DNA of 64,000 bases from Paraspadella gotoi (taxonomy: Eukaryota; Animalia; Chaetognatha): contig JBJCIZ010000239.1 in the NCBI GenBank assembly GCA_051294375.1, forward strand, positions 863,721-927,720. Direction: 5' to 3'. Under the pieces are notes generated by a model. The model made no database searches. It was given only the letters and a program-made list of their open reading frames with translations, and was not told where the DNA came from. Positions 63,932-64,000 of this stretch are shown piece after piece (position 1 is the first letter of the stretch; the number at the start of each line of letters is the position of its first letter). The translations under genes and the position numbers were made by a program.

Positions 63932-64000
63932 GATTCGGAACCGCAAAAAAAATCTTTCCTCAGATGTTCAGCCCCATGAAACAAACGCCGCTATTCGTCG

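Overview
This is AT-rich eukaryotic (arthropod-like) genomic DNA with dense CT/GA microsatellites, short CpG-rich exons and indel-prone long-read sequence. Most of the window is five blocks present as 2-3 tandem near-copies, each joined at an N gap, so the extra copies are most likely uncollapsed haplotypes or gap-filling overlaps. After collapsing copies, the backbone is a minus-strand IRSp53/BAIAP2-like gene (I-BAR C-terminus, low-complexity linker, SH3, Pro-rich tail) running from beyond 57.8 kb to about 16.2 kb, with splice phases matching at every junction checked. Its SH3 domain is split by one very large intron (22492 to 49253/55911). That intron holds a 57-bp tandem array made of the SH3 exon end plus its splice donor, and three nested genes: a basic protein of exact 11-residue repeats with two paralogous alternative last exons (+), an internally duplicated 4+4 TM orphan ending in a PDZ-type motif (-), and a divergent endophilin-like BAR gene with no SH3 (+). 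Also present are an extended XK-related (Xkr scramblase family) gene, an intact 5-exon microbial-type GNAT acetyltransferase with a truncated paralog, an LTR followed by a 31-nt tRNA-Leu match, several tRNA-derived SINE-like elements and HINE-like repeats. All family assignments come from manual motif recognition; no database search was run.
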